Shown: positions 40,608 to 50,032 of the stretch, in pieces
How positions within the stretch are numbered: position 1 is the first letter of the stretch
Layout: every line of letters begins with the position of its first letter
Source: a virus
Direction: 5' to 3' (one strand)
Virus record (IMG/VR): IMGVR_UViG_3300025137_000020
Span: 41,337-105,336 of that record
Length of the DNA: 64,000 nucleotides
The notes under the pieces: model-generated
Databases searched by the model: none
Seen by the model: the letters and a program-made list of their open reading frames with translations, nothing else
What the model was told of the DNA's origin: nothing
Made by a program: the position numbers and the translations under genes

Positions 40608-40892
40608 TTACTCATCTGGTAGAAGCCCTCTAATTTGCGAAGGTGTATAACCTTCTGATTCTAGTAACTCAATAACAATATCTTTATCGACATTACCGTA
40701 CACCTGGTCTCCGTTCATACCAAGCTCTGGAATCTTCCCAAAGGTATTACCTTCAAAGTAAGCTAGCTCATAACTAAAGTATGGACCTTGGTCGTGCTTA
40801 GGCGAACAATAGTGGAACTCACTCGCCTGCACTGAAAGCTCTCCGTCGCGGAATGGTATCGTTGGGTTTTGCGGTTTCATTTTAATATTCAT
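40608..40892 (-). CDS. Hypothetical protein
   Basis: Contains LSVQASEFHYCSP, a motif recalled from small phage proteins. Confidence 0.65.
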   Translation of the reverse strand: MNIKMKPQNPTIPFRDGELSVQASEFHYCSPKHDQGPYFSYELAYFEGNTFGKIPELGMNGDQVYGNVDKDIVIELLESEGYTPSQIRGLLPDE

Positions 40893-41039
40893 CGATTTCT
40901 CCTTTGTAGCCCGCGTGAACTAATACGCTTGGTGTGACTTCGTCTTTGATAGACTCGACAAACTTTGAGTCGAGTTCTAATAGCTTTTTGACAATCTTGA
41001 CCATCAGTTGTTCTGATAGTGTTAGTTTCTTTAATTTAG

Positions 41040-42158
41040 TTATTTGCATAATATAATTTTACAGTGTTCATTTACTCTGCCATTCACTGGCTGTTTGTTA
41101 CCTTTTAGTTTATCCCAACCCTTTACCAAATCAGCTGTAGACAATATTGTTTCTACTTGATTAGCTCGGATTGTGAATTGTTGACTCTTATCTTTATCAA
41201 AGTCTTTGATAGACGTACCTCGTACAGATAATCCATTTCGCGTAAGAGCAGAATACTTTTGTAATTTTCTGGTCTTTTGATTGAATAAGACTACATGGCT
41301 TGAACCAGGAATCTTAACCGCTGACACATCGGAATTTTCTTTATCGTAATTCATGTCACGAACTTGAGCGCCCGCGGGCTTCACTTTCTTGACTCGAACA
41401 ATGGTTTTTGCGTTCGCCTTTTCGTACTTTGATACGTCGGCTTTCATCTTTTCTAAAGTCTTAACCCATTTGTTCAGTTCACGTCTGCTGAGGAAAGAAT
41501 AACCTTCTACCATTTGGTCGCAGGTTTTCTCGTATGCTTCTTTGGCATCACTAATATGTCTGTCTAAGAAGTCATGTACAAACTTGCAGCCTCTAGACGG
41601 AATACTTGCTCCGGCTAAGAGTGTTGCGATATGTACCGATGCAATATTACTTGCATCTTCAGACCAATCATCAAGTGCGTAATCAATGTGCGAGATAACT
41701 TCAGCATCTACTTTTTGCTCCAATCGTTTCATTGGTGAAATAGCTGGTGCTTTTGGTTTATCATTTGCTACATGGCCATCTTCACTAGATATAAAGTCTA
41801 GATTCTTAGCCTTTATAATGCATGTACCAATATTGTTCTTTAAGTACGGATTAGCATAAGGCATTCCACGATTAATCATTCGAGCAATCTTTCCTAGGGT
41901 GGTCACGCCAACCTTTTCTCCATGCTTCTTAATGAGTTTAATGTCACTCTTTGAATAGCTGTTATCAGCCATGTATGCCAATAGGTCTGGTATCAAATCT
42001 TTTGCAGAGGTGTAATAGGCATAAAATCCTAGTGCACTACTGAATTTCTTCTCAACCGCTTCTGGTGATAATAGACTAACATCGTCCCAAGTTGGTTCGG
42101 TGCCAGTGTAATTAGCATCATCTGCTTTTACTTCGCCTGTTCGTGTGAATACTCCCAT
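41040..42158 (-). CDS. Conserved T4-like hypothetical protein (372 aa)
   Basis: Long ORF, YTGTEP.W, EGYSFL, FNQKTRKL, NGRVNEHCKIL. Confidence 0.75.
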   Translation of the reverse strand: MGVFTRTGEVKADDANYTGTEPTWDDVSLLSPEAVEKKFSSALGFYAYYTSAKDLIPDLLAYMADNSYSKSDIKLIKKHGEKVGVTTLGKIARMINRGMPYANPYLKNNIGTCIIKAKNLDFISSEDGHVANDKPKAPAISPMKRLEQKVDAEVISHIDYALDDWSEDASNIASVHIATLLAGASIPSRGCKFVHDFLDRHISDAKEAYEKTCDQMVEGYSFLSRRELNKWVKTLEKMKADVSKYEKANAKTIVRVKKVKPAGAQVRDMNYDKENSDVSAVKIPGSSHVVLFNQKTRKLQKYSALTRNGLSVRGTSIKDFDKDKSQQFTIRANQVETILSTADLVKGWDKLKGNKQPVNGRVNEHCKIILCK

Positions 42159-42352
42159 TATAGATATGTCCCCATTAGTGATAGTTCATCTTGAATGTCA
42201 TCGTCGGTAGTTGGTAACGCATCATATGCGAAAACACCTTCGTTGACGTTAATTTTGTTGCCCTTCGGGTCAGCTACCGGTTCACCAGTAGTGTCATTGT
42301 ACCAGCCGATCTCGTCGTCATACAATATTTTATCTTTTTTTGGTCTTGCCAT
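42158..42352 (-). CDS. Hypothetical protein
   Basis: Coupled (TAATG) to the next gene; promoter upstream. Confidence 0.6.
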   Translation of the reverse strand: MARPKKDKILYDDEIGWYNDTTGEPVADPKGNKINVNEGVFAYDALPTTDDDIQDELSLMGTYL

Positions 42353-42390
42353 AATATATATTTTTTTCCTAATTGATTGTTATAATATCT

Positions 42391-42419
42391 AATTTACACT
42401 ATTCTTCGTCATCTGTCAA
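42391..42419 (-). promoter_or_regulatory. Sigma70-type promoter TTGACA-17-TAAATT
   Basis: Consensus -35, 17-nt spacer. Confidence 0.6.
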
Positions 42420-42596
42420 CAAAAATCTGTCAATAAATGGATTTAAAAACGGGAATGCACATCGAAAACTCAAATACAGAATTTGCAATGGAACCACCGC
42501 TAGCACAATAATAAATTCTAAAGATACCTTCAGTAGTACACTGATGCTAGCTTCAATAGAAGCATCTAAGTGTTCAAAGTATTCTCTAGTTGTCAT
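42399..42596 (-). CDS. Small membrane protein
   Basis: Hydrophobic stretch; packed in operon. Confidence 0.55.
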   Translation of the reverse strand: MTTREYFEHLDASIEASISVLLKVSLEFIIVLAVVPLQILYLSFRCAFPFLNPFIDRFLLTDDEE

Positions 42597-42813
42597 TTAT
42601 AATTGCATTAATAGTCTCGCCCATGCATTTTAGCTCATTGCGAACATCATCTTTATGTGATGCGTAATGACCCATTGCCTCATCTAATCTTTCGACTGCT
42701 ACTTTAGCAACCTTCGCGCGATCTTCTATAATAGCCGCGGGTTTTGTACTTGAGGTATTACCACCTACTATTTCTAGGATAACCTCAGTTTGTGTTTTAG
42801 TTGTATTTTCCAT
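42586..42813 (-). CDS. Hypothetical protein
   Basis: ORF packed in operon. Confidence 0.55.
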   Translation of the reverse strand: MENTTKTQTEVILEIVGGNTSSTKPAAIIEDRAKVAKVAVERLDEAMGHYASHKDDVRNELKCMGETINAIINDN

Positions 42814-42822
42814 AATAAATTT

Positions 42823-43107
42823 CTATCCAACTGCTTGGTTTGAGCCATAGTCATCAATTTCGTAATAATAACCATCAGCGTGTGACGCGTCTTTTAGTGA
42901 AATACAAACACAATATGGCCACCTGCCAGATTTAGTAAGATACTTATATCGATTTGGATTGTTCTTTCCAAGTCGACCTTGTAACTTTAGTCGTATTCCA
43001 GTTCCACGAATAGCTTTACGGATCGCAGCCACTGCTTCCATATCTTTGACACTATCCATATTGAATGTTCCAGCGTAACCCGGTACTCTACCATTTTTTA
43101 TTTTCAT
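42823..43107 (-). CDS. Hypothetical protein
   Basis: ORF packed in operon; RLKLQGRLGKNNP. Confidence 0.6.
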   Translation of the reverse strand: MKIKNGRVPGYAGTFNMDSVKDMEAVAAIRKAIRGTGIRLKLQGRLGKNNPNRYKYLTKSGRWPYCVCISLKDASHADGYYYEIDDYGSNQAVG

Positions 43108-43318
43108 AATCTATTTAATACTATTTTGATAATTCTGTTCTATTTTTTCGAGTCCATCTTGCTTTCACGACAAGAGGATTATTTTCACAAGCCGGTAACA
43201 TTCGCTTAAATGTTTCCCAACTCGGCTTTGGCGGAGGTAAGTCCGTCCACATTTTCATTCTTGCTTTATCTTCCATAATTTACTTAATACTATTTTGATA
43301 ATTCGCTTCTAATTTTTC
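43105..43318. repeat. ~45-bp imperfect direct repeat (43105-43149 and 43274-43318), 21-bp identical core
   Basis: ttaatactattttgataattc at 43115-43135 and 43284-43304. Confidence 0.85.
43121..43276 (-). CDS. Small hypothetical protein (51 aa) between the direct repeats
   Basis: MEDKARMKMWTDLPPPKPSWETFKRMLP...; below the track cutoff. Confidence 0.5.
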   Translation of the reverse strand: MEDKARMKMWTDLPPPKPSWETFKRMLPACENNPLVVKARWTRKNRTELSK

Positions 43319-43462
43319 AGCAGTCTCTTTGCCGAATACTTTATCCATACCTTTGTATGGGCAACCTAATTTACCACGATTGTGATTATAATTAGCTTGG
43401 GTCAATGTGTCAACCAAAGACTTTGTCTCAGCTGAGTTTGTTGGTAAATTAATGCTATACAT
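43280..43462 (-). CDS. Hypothetical protein
   Basis: ORF packed in operon. Confidence 0.55.
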   Translation of the reverse strand: MYSINLPTNSAETKSLVDTLTQANYNHNRGKLGCPYKGMDKVFGKETAEKLEANYQNSIK

Positions 43463-43561
43463 TTTTTGATTTCTCCAATTCTATTAGTCCTAACTTATAA
43501 AGAACTTTTTGTACAATTGTCGCTTTGCGATATAAAAGACGCTGATATCTTGCTGTCATAA

Positions 43562-44077
43562 TTAGTACCTCACTCCTGTCCAACGAACTGATTTGACCCG
43601 TAAGTCTTCGACTGAATCGTCGATAACATTTCCTCGAGCGAAGTTTCGAGCGGGAGCGTTATAACCTGCTGCCTTTAGAAGGTCGCCGTATTTAAATTTC
43701 TTATCTTTCTTAGTGTTAACGATGAATCCCCAAACTCCACTACCAGTCATAATCTTGATGTATTTGGAGCCTTTCTTTTCGCTGATCGTTGTAGCAAACT
43801 TGTGATACATATTTTCGGCAATCACATCAGACTCGCTAGGCTGACATTCATAAGCTGTCTTGTCTTCTGGTATTTTAGACCAAGTTTTGTAATCTTCTGA
43901 TATTAGACATTTAATCAAATCTACCGCGTCATACATTTCACGGCCTGCTTTAACTAGATGATGATCGGCAGGTAAATCCCCACCTAAAATCCTAACCGCG
44001 GCCGGTTCTGATTTGTTTACCTTAGCGTTGGTCGCTACCCAATTTACTAAACTCATATTTGATTTTCCCTCTTTCAT
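43562..44077 (-). CDS. Conserved early phage protein (GDLLKAA..APA..ARGN family)
   Basis: KYIKI...VWGFI...GDLLKAAGYNAPARNFARGNV..WTG; start placed downstream of the promoter (44077 or 44056). Confidence 0.7.
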   Translation of the reverse strand: MKEGKSNMSLVNWVATNAKVNKSEPAAVRILGGDLPADHHLVKAGREMYDAVDLIKCLISEDYKTWSKIPEDKTAYECQPSESDVIAENMYHKFATTISEKKGSKYIKIMTGSGVWGFIVNTKKDKKFKYGDLLKAAGYNAPARNFARGNVIDDSVEDLRVKSVRWTGVRY

Positions 44078-44083
44078 ATGTAT

Positions 44084-44112
44084 ATTATACCATATTTGGG
44101 CACAGTTGTACA
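44084..44112 (-). promoter_or_regulatory. Early sigma70-type promoter TGTACA-17-TATAAT
   Basis: Heads the block of small genes. Confidence 0.75.
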
Positions 44113-44138
44113 CGGCTTTGTAAGATAAATGCATCTAT

Positions 44139-44220
44139 AAGTCGTTGATATGCAATGACTTGCGATTACGGCGAAAAAACCCACAAAAAATGTATAAGTG
44201 ATACAGCCGCAAGGACTTAT
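44139..44220. repeat. Two related inverted repeats (AAGTCGTTG-N5-CAATGACTT; ATAAGT-N15-ACTTAT)
   Basis: Seen at 44139-44161 and 44194-44220, upstream of the early promoter. Confidence 0.65.
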
Positions 44221-44483
44221 GAATTATACACAATATCGGCCAGATGGCTTTCGAACTTTTCGATTACCTGTACCCTATTCGGCCAAAGAATATACTCTTT
44301 ATCGGGGTTTTGTTTGAGGTTAGCCAATAAAGGCTTTACTGCATTGTGCAGTTTCTTTAATTTCTCTTCGTTTTCTGTAGCAGTTGATGCTGAGGCGGTG
44401 GCTTTTTGAGCTACCTCTAGTTCACTCTCATTAACTGCAGTGAACCCGAAGTCATCTATTGTCCAAAATTCGTCTGATGCCAT
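44217..44483 (-). CDS. Conserved hypothetical protein
   Basis: DFGFTAV.E.EL, PLL.NL..NPDKEYI.WPNR motif of marine T4-like phages. Confidence 0.75.
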   Translation of the reverse strand: MASDEFWTIDDFGFTAVNESELEVAQKATASASTATENEEKLKKLHNAVKPLLANLKQNPDKEYILWPNRVQVIEKFESHLADIVYNS

Positions 44484-44487
44484 AATA

Positions 44488-44775
44488 TTAATCCTCGTCA
44501 CTGCCTAGACTACTACGATGTTTGTCTGTGATATGTCTTTCTTGTATAAGAATCTTTAGTTTCATATCCAGGCGAATCATGTCGTTATCTAGCGCTTGAA
44601 CCTGTTTCTTTAGTTTACCTAATGATGAACCTGCAGAATTAAGAGCTGGTTTAACTTCTCTTGTTACCCATTTCCATATATACCAGATAAAATATCCGCA
44701 TAACAATAATGCAATAACGGGAAACCCGTAAGTTCCTATTGTATCTGCCCAAAAACTAAAATCTCTTCCACTCAT
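44488..44775 (-). CDS. Single-TM + coiled-coil membrane protein
   Basis: YGFPVIALLLCGYFIWYIWKWVT, LDNDMIRLD. Confidence 0.7.
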   Translation of the reverse strand: MSGRDFSFWADTIGTYGFPVIALLLCGYFIWYIWKWVTREVKPALNSAGSSLGKLKKQVQALDNDMIRLDMKLKILIQERHITDKHRSSLGSDED

Positions 44776-44776
44776 A

Positions 44777-45061
44777 TTAATCGTCTCTGCAATCTTCTTT
44801 GCCTTCGCTTGCTGCGACTCGCGCGAGATTTGGTTCTACGTTGAATGCACTAGAGAATAAACAATCAATCTTTACAATATCGTTATTCATTACATCACAT
44901 TTGTTTTCAAGTGCGAGTAATGATTTTGATATACCATCTACCTGATCTGTAACTTGTGCTAAAATAAACTTTAGAATTAGAAATAGGAATCCACCACAGG
45001 CTAATGCTACGGTAATTGGTACTCCTACTTGGTTGATAAAATTGAGTATATCTCCAGTCAT
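44777..45061 (-). CDS. Single-TM + coiled-coil membrane protein (paralogue of neighbour)
   Basis: VGVPITVALACGGFLFLILKFIL, MNNDIVKID, GKEDCRDD. Confidence 0.7.
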   Translation of the reverse strand: MTGDILNFINQVGVPITVALACGGFLFLILKFILAQVTDQVDGISKSLLALENKCDVMNNDIVKIDCLFSSAFNVEPNLARVAASEGKEDCRDD

Positions 45062-45066
45062 AAGTA

Positions 45067-45074
45067 TATTTATA
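45067..45074 (-). promoter_or_regulatory. Late promoter TATAAATA
   Basis: Exact consensus 5 nt before the ATG. Confidence 0.8.
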
Positions 45075-45110
45075 CAAAAAGACCCCTACAACACAAAGTT
45101 ATAGGGGTCT
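45075..45110 (-). terminator. Rho-independent terminator
   Basis: AGACCCCTATAAC-TTTGT-GTTGTAGGGGTCT followed by a T-run. Confidence 0.85.
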
Positions 45111-45128
45111 AAGTGATATTTAATTAGA

Positions 45129-45839
45129 TTAGAAGCTGAAAGCTACACCAAAATCGAGGGTTCCTTCCCACGCATCGTTGGTTCCAGCGTATCCGCTTAG
45201 ATCATTATTCAAGTAATTATACTGCGCGTACAGAGCTTTATACTGAGCTCTTACGAATCCTAGTGTATAACTATAGTCATCTGCGTATCCAAATGACTGG
45301 CCTAAGCCTCCACCGACATATAGGTCAAGTGAATTCTTTGACACCAAGAGTTGAGCAACTGAGGCTTCAACAACTCCTGCTTGATCTTCATCAATAGAAA
45401 CGTCAATCTGTGTGGTAAACACATCAAGCACGTTAAGATCGTATACGGCATAAAGCTCATACACATCGTCACTACCATCAGCTTGTGATAATAGTACTCC
45501 TGTACCTAGTGCACCGATTGGTGTACTTAGTGTAGTTCCAACTGAAACATACAGCTCAGAAGTGTCTGAATCAACATACTCTAGATCGCCTCGTAGACCG
45601 ATTGCCTTAAAGATAGGCAGGTCTGCACCGACTTTATAATATAGAGAATCTTCTGAACTCGCATAAGAGCCAGAATCGATCCGTTTTTCATATTGACCCA
45701 CTTCTACATCAACGAAAGTCTTAGCTGCAATTTCTTGAGCTTCAGCTTTACCTGAGAAGAATAATAGGTATCCGACGATCACCACGATAGCAGCGATAGT
45801 CCATTTACATGTTACTAGTTTTGTTAGTATTTTTTTCAT
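45129..45839 (-). CDS. Outer-membrane beta-barrel (porin-like) protein
   Basis: Signal peptide ending AEA|Q, alternating amphipathic strands, C-terminal DFGVAFSF with terminal Phe. Confidence 0.75.
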   Translation of the reverse strand: MKKILTKLVTCKWTIAAIVVIVGYLLFFSGKAEAQEIAAKTFVDVEVGQYEKRIDSGSYASSEDSLYYKVGADLPIFKAIGLRGDLEYVDSDTSELYVSVGTTLSTPIGALGTGVLLSQADGSDDVYELYAVYDLNVLDVFTTQIDVSIDEDQAGVVEASVAQLLVSKNSLDLYVGGGLGQSFGYADDYSYTLGFVRAQYKALYAQYNYLNNDLSGYAGTNDAWEGTLDFGVAFSF

Positions 45840-45914
45840 ATTTACTTTTGTGTTAAACGAAGACACACCCGTGTCCTCTTTTAAATTTTTTGTTACTCCC
45901 AAATGGCTCTGTGC

Positions 45915-46400
45915 TTATCTCTTCCCGCCGGGTGTAAAATAGAACCCGATGATTGCCCCCAAAGTGGTAATCGAGATGAGCGAGATGTGCCCTGTTGTAA
46001 TTGATGTGGTGACTCCACTGTCGAGCGGCACTTTGAACAGTCCCCACAAGACGCTGATTTCTTTGAATTGTTCTGGTGGAACAAAGGTGACGAGGTCAAT
46101 GCTGGGGTAACATGTGCAGAGTATGGAGATGGTTGCAAAGTTGAGCATCCCAATAAGTGCGATAAGACGACGAGTAGCACGAGTAAATAAAGAAGATTCT
46201 GTATCAGTTGCTTCTCCAAAAACAGCCTTTTGAAATGCCAGGTTTGAGTTACCCATTTGCATGTCTCTAACCAGTTCTCTTTTTGCTTTTGCTTCTTTGT
46301 TTTCATTTGCGCTTTGTATAAATCCACCAACTATCTTGAGCATTGAACCCATTCCGGTTGCTCCTAGAGTTGATAGTAACATTGTAACCAATCCGAACAT
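45915..46400 (-). CDS. Holin-like multi-TM protein
   Basis: TM segments, TRRLIA and C-terminal AIIGFYF..R resemble 3-TM holins. Confidence 0.55.
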   Translation of the reverse strand: MFGLVTMLLSTLGATGMGSMLKIVGGFIQSANENKEAKAKRELVRDMQMGNSNLAFQKAVFGEATDTESSLFTRATRRLIALIGMLNFATISILCTCYPSIDLVTFVPPEQFKEISVLWGLFKVPLDSGVTTSITTGHISLISITTLGAIIGFYFTPGGKR

Positions 46401-46409
46401 AAAATTTGT

Positions 46410-46434
46410 GGTGGTTTATACGGCCCACCTACCG
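46410..46434 (-). promoter_or_regulatory. Candidate H-type RNA pseudoknot 9 nt upstream of an ATG
   Basis: CGGT-A-GGTGG-GCCG-TATAAA-CCACC. Confidence 0.55.
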
Positions 46435-46435
46435 G

Positions 46436-46609
46436 TTATTTGCCTAGATGTTTCTTCCACTTAGCGGGAAGGTCTTCAATCTTAGCTTCTAGTTCCTTAG
46501 CCGTCGATTCAGCTTCAGCCACTAACTTATTTACCTTTTTGATGTTATTGCGTACGACTAATGCGCCGACAACAAAACCAACGATGAATATAATTATTGT
46601 TGTAATCAT
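46436..46609 (-). CDS. Small N-terminal-TM coiled-coil protein (57 aa)
   Basis: MITTIIIFIVGFVVGALVVRNN...; below the track cutoff. Confidence 0.65.
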   Translation of the reverse strand: MITTIIIFIVGFVVGALVVRNNIKKVNKLVAEAESTAKELEAKIEDLPAKWKKHLGK

Positions 46610-46621
46610 TATTTAGTTTAT

Positions 46622-46810
46622 TTAGTTTATCATGCCATGGCTACATGCGCCAGAGCAGATATGTTGCATTGTAGCATGTTCAGTACTGCATTCTTCATCT
46701 TGATGACCACAGCCACAGCCATTCAAGGAATTTAGGATTATTAGTCCTGCGATAATAAGAGCGCCAATAATGACTTTCTTATTCTTTAGGTATTTTACAT
46801 ATTGTTCCAT
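46622..46810 (-). CDS. Small Cys/His-rich membrane or lipoprotein
   Basis: KK + hydrophobic stretch + LNGC; start MEQYV after the late promoter. Confidence 0.6.
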   Translation of the reverse strand: MEQYVKYLKNKKVIIGALIIAGLIILNSLNGCGCGHQDEECSTEHATMQHICSGACSHGMIN

Positions 46811-46817
46811 AGTATAT

Positions 46818-47249
46818 CTATTTATAAAAGATGTGCCGTCCAATGACCGCGGTTTTTCTCATACTTTTAGTCCAATAAGGACTCTTAATATAATTAGCGT
46901 GATAGTGATCAGCTCCGTTAACATAATTGCTTTCTCTGCCCAATGCTCTTTTGGCGATTTCCCAACGAGGGTGTGACTTGGCTTTTGTGATTCCGTCTTC
47001 TACTGAAATTTCATTCCAACAAGAAAATTGTTTTCTCTGTAAACATACTTCCGCTGGAGTTAAATTTCTTTTCATTGCTCTATTCACTATCACCTCGTGA
47101 ACTGCTTCAATCGCGCCGACATAATATTCACCACCTGCTTCTAAGATGATAGTTGCAATAACTACATCTTGTTCATAAGTACTGCCCTCACAACTTTTGC
47201 AACCAATGATTGCAGCCATCATAACTAACCATGCTAATATAATCTTCAT
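46818..47249 (-). CDS. Cell-wall hydrolase, SleB/Hydrolase_2 family
   Basis: [39 protein letters not shown]; signal or lipobox-like N-terminus. Confidence 0.9.
   Translation of the reverse strand: MKIILAWLVMMAAIIGCKSCEGSTYEQDVVIATIILEAGGEYYVGAIEAVHEVIVNRAMKRNLTPAEVCLQRKQFSCWNEISVEDGITKAKSHPRWEIAKRALGRESNYVNGADHYHANYIKSPYWTKSMRKTAVIGRHIFYK
46819..46826 (-). promoter_or_regulatory. Late promoter TATAAATA
   Basis: Exact consensus overlapping the hydrolase stop. Confidence 0.7.
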
Positions 47250-48385
47250 AATAAAATCTGTGTAATCTTTTCTGCTAAATCCTTAAACCATTCTACTCCA
47301 TGGCCTCGAGTTGTTTCAGCCGCGGTGCCGATACGAATACCACTTGTTTCAACAAACGATCTTTTATCATTAGGTACTCCATTCTTATTTACGGTGATGT
47401 CATTCTCTTCTAATAAGTCAGCGGCGTGTCTTCCGCTATAGGGTTTATCGCTTAGGTCGATTAGTACAATGTGAGAATCTGTACCTCCACACTGTACTTT
47501 AAATCCGTTCTTAATAAATACTTCAGCCATCGCTTTAGCATTATCTATAACTGCTTGAGCATAATATCTGAACTCTTTAGTGTCTGCCTCAACGAACGCT
47601 TGAGCTTTCCCTGCAACGATATTCATGAGTGGACCACCTTGAGTGCCAGGAAAGATTGCACTGTTAATCTTCTTTGAGTAAGATTCGTCGTTCCAAAGAA
47701 TAATACCACCTCGTGGACCTCTTAGAGTTTTGTGAGTAGTTGACGTAACAACATCAGCATAAGGCACAGGAGATGGATAAGCATTACCCGCAATCAAACC
47801 TGAGTAGTGAGCCATGTCGACTAAAAGATATGCCCCAACTCTATCAGCGATTTCTCTAAACGTTTTAAAGTCAATTACACCAGGATAAGCACTTGCTCCT
47901 GCAATAATCATTTTTGGTTTAACGTCTTCTGCTTGTTTTTGAATCGCATTATAATCTAAAAAGCCATTTTCATCTACACCATAGTGATGTGATTCGTATA
48001 CTTTACCAGATATATTCACTTTAGCTCCATGTGATAAGTGGCCACCACTCGCTAAATCCATTCCGAGAATCTTATCACCTGGCTTTAATAGCGCTTGATA
48101 GACCGCAGTGTTTGCATTAGCACCACAATGAGGTTGAACATTAGCAAACTTACACCCATAGATATCCTTTAGCTTTTCAATAGCAAAAGTTTCAATAGTA
48201 TCCATGTGTTCACAACCATTATAGTAACGCTTACCTGGATAACCTTCAGCATACTTATTTGTAAATATACTACCAGCTAATTCCATTACAGCATTACTAG
48301 CAAAGTTCTCACTCGCAATAAGTTCAATCGTCTTTGATTGGCGTAGCTGTTCTTGTACTAAAATTTCTTTAATTTCTTTGTTCAT
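47246..48385 (-). CDS. glyA: Serine hydroxymethyltransferase
   Basis: [43 protein letters not shown] (PLP lysine), GGP, SGIRIGT. Confidence 0.97.
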   Translation of the reverse strand: MNKEIKEILVQEQLRQSKTIELIASENFASNAVMELAGSIFTNKYAEGYPGKRYYNGCEHMDTIETFAIEKLKDIYGCKFANVQPHCGANANTAVYQALLKPGDKILGMDLASGGHLSHGAKVNISGKVYESHHYGVDENGFLDYNAIQKQAEDVKPKMIIAGASAYPGVIDFKTFREIADRVGAYLLVDMAHYSGLIAGNAYPSPVPYADVVTSTTHKTLRGPRGGIILWNDESYSKKINSAIFPGTQGGPLMNIVAGKAQAFVEADTKEFRYYAQAVIDNAKAMAEVFIKNGFKVQCGGTDSHIVLIDLSDKPYSGRHAADLLEENDITVNKNGVPNDKRSFVETSGIRIGTAAETTRGHGVEWFKDLAEKITQILL

Positions 48386-48389
48386 CGTT

Positions 48390-49847
48390 TTATCGTATCA
48401 TATTGTCCAAAAACTCGGTGTGGTCATCGGCCTGTAATAATAATTTATTAATAGTTTCTTTGTATTCTGATGGTGATGGACTTAATTGTTCATAGCCGTG
48501 GAGGTTAAATTTATTATTGTTAATTTCTATACCATTTATTACCTGTAAATATTGATAAAGACCAAAATCATCGTCGATGTTATAATCTAAGTTTCTTAGA
48601 TTATTTTCTTTAATATTGTCTAACATAGTTTGTAGTTTAGAAGGAATGGGGTAATCATCTCTGAAGTTTTTCCAAAATTTACTTGTATTTCTTTTTGTCA
48701 TATAATGAAGATACAGAAAATTCAAGACATCGTCCATCCTGTCTCCCATAATTTCATTAAACAGATCTAAACTTTTTTGATTAGGGTTCTCAGTCTCATT
48801 TATAAAATGTTTAAACGTTTCTAGTTGACCTATAGTCAACATTAAAGAAGTGGCTTCGAGAGGCTCTACAAAACCGGTAGATAAGCCTACAGCCATGCAG
48901 TTTTTTATCCATACGTTTTGCTGTCTACCTGCTTTGAATGGTATAACTTTTCTAACAGTCAAATCTCTTTTAAAATAATTTTGTGCCTCGTCAAGTGCTT
49001 GGTCTTCGTCAATATAATCGCTATCAAAAACATAACCAGAGCCTGTTCTATGTTGTAGCGGTATTTGCCATATCCACCCGTGATCTAGTGCTACGGCGGA
49101 TGTGTAAGGATTAATCTTTTCATCGCGATCAATCCAAAAGGCTATTGACTTCTTCATGGGCAGGTGTTTTGAATAAGAAATCCATTTTCCATTAAACACT
49201 TTATCTATAAGTAGTCTTGCAAAACCAGAACAATCGAAGGTAAAATCGACATCAAGTTTAATGCCATTAGTCAGATTAATATTTTTGATATAGCCGTTAT
49301 CTGATTTTTCTACATGACTAAAATCGCCAGTTACAACTTCAATACCTCTTTCTTCTCCTACCTCTTGTAAATATTTAGATAGGAGTTGTGCATCAAAGTG
49401 TAATGAATACGAGGTCTTACTTAAATCAATTAATTTTTTATACGACAATTTAGAAGTATAGATGTATTCATTGAAATCTAAACCGTTTTGCATTAAATGT
49501 TTAATATAATACTCTTCACACCCGCTGTGAAAAATATTTTTAATGCCAAAATTAGAAATTGTATCGCTAAAGCCATGGAAGTATTTTTTTCCATCACCAT
49601 TCCAGTTTTCAAAGGATATGCCATGTTTTATACTACCTTTTGTGTTTCTTAACACGGCGAATGGACAAATATCTAATTCGCGTAAGAAGTCAACTACGTT
49701 AGGGGTAGTGCCTTCGCCGACACCAATGGCTCCTATTGTTTCTCCTTGAACTAATTTAATGTTGGCTAAAGGAAATAGTTTTTTTATATACAGCGCAGTA
49801 AGCCAACCAGCGGTGCCTCCACCTAAAATGCAATAATTTTTCTTCAT
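48390..49847 (-). CDS. Flavin-dependent (tryptophan) halogenase family protein
   Basis: [43 protein letters not shown]. Confidence 0.92.
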   Translation of the reverse strand: MKKNYCILGGGTAGWLTALYIKKLFPLANIKLVQGETIGAIGVGEGTTPNVVDFLRELDICPFAVLRNTKGSIKHGISFENWNGDGKKYFHGFSDTISNFGIKNIFHSGCEEYYIKHLMQNGLDFNEYIYTSKLSYKKLIDLSKTSYSLHFDAQLLSKYLQEVGEERGIEVVTGDFSHVEKSDNGYIKNINLTNGIKLDVDFTFDCSGFARLLIDKVFNGKWISYSKHLPMKKSIAFWIDRDEKINPYTSAVALDHGWIWQIPLQHRTGSGYVFDSDYIDEDQALDEAQNYFKRDLTVRKVIPFKAGRQQNVWIKNCMAVGLSTGFVEPLEATSLMLTIGQLETFKHFINETENPNQKSLDLFNEIMGDRMDDVLNFLYLHYMTKRNTSKFWKNFRDDYPIPSKLQTMLDNIKENNLRNLDYNIDDDFGLYQYLQVINGIEINNNKFNLHGYEQLSPSPSEYKETINKLLLQADDHTEFLDNMIR

Positions 49848-49856
49848 ACCGATAGA

Positions 49857-50030
49857 CTATTTTTCTGGCGGTTTCGCGAAGAATTGTGATCCCGCCTGCA
49901 TAAGCTCTGTCAAGTCTTTATTAAATTTGACCGTAAGCTCATCGGTTTGAGCCTCAGCATGTTTAAGAACATTGATAGTACCAAGCATCGCAAAACACTT
50001 TTCCTGTAGGTTGTCGATAACATCATTCAT
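49857..50030 (-). CDS. Hypothetical protein
   Basis: ORF in operon; start MNDVID. Confidence 0.5.
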   Translation of the reverse strand: MNDVIDNLQEKCFAMLGTINVLKHAEAQTDELTVKFNKDLTELMQAGSQFFAKPPEK

Positions 50031-50032
50031 TA

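Noticed and set aside
45858-45882. Hairpin GAGGACAC-GGGT-GTGTCTTC upstream of the barrel gene as a riboswitch
   Set aside because: A single short hairpin with no recognisable aptamer; insufficient evidence.
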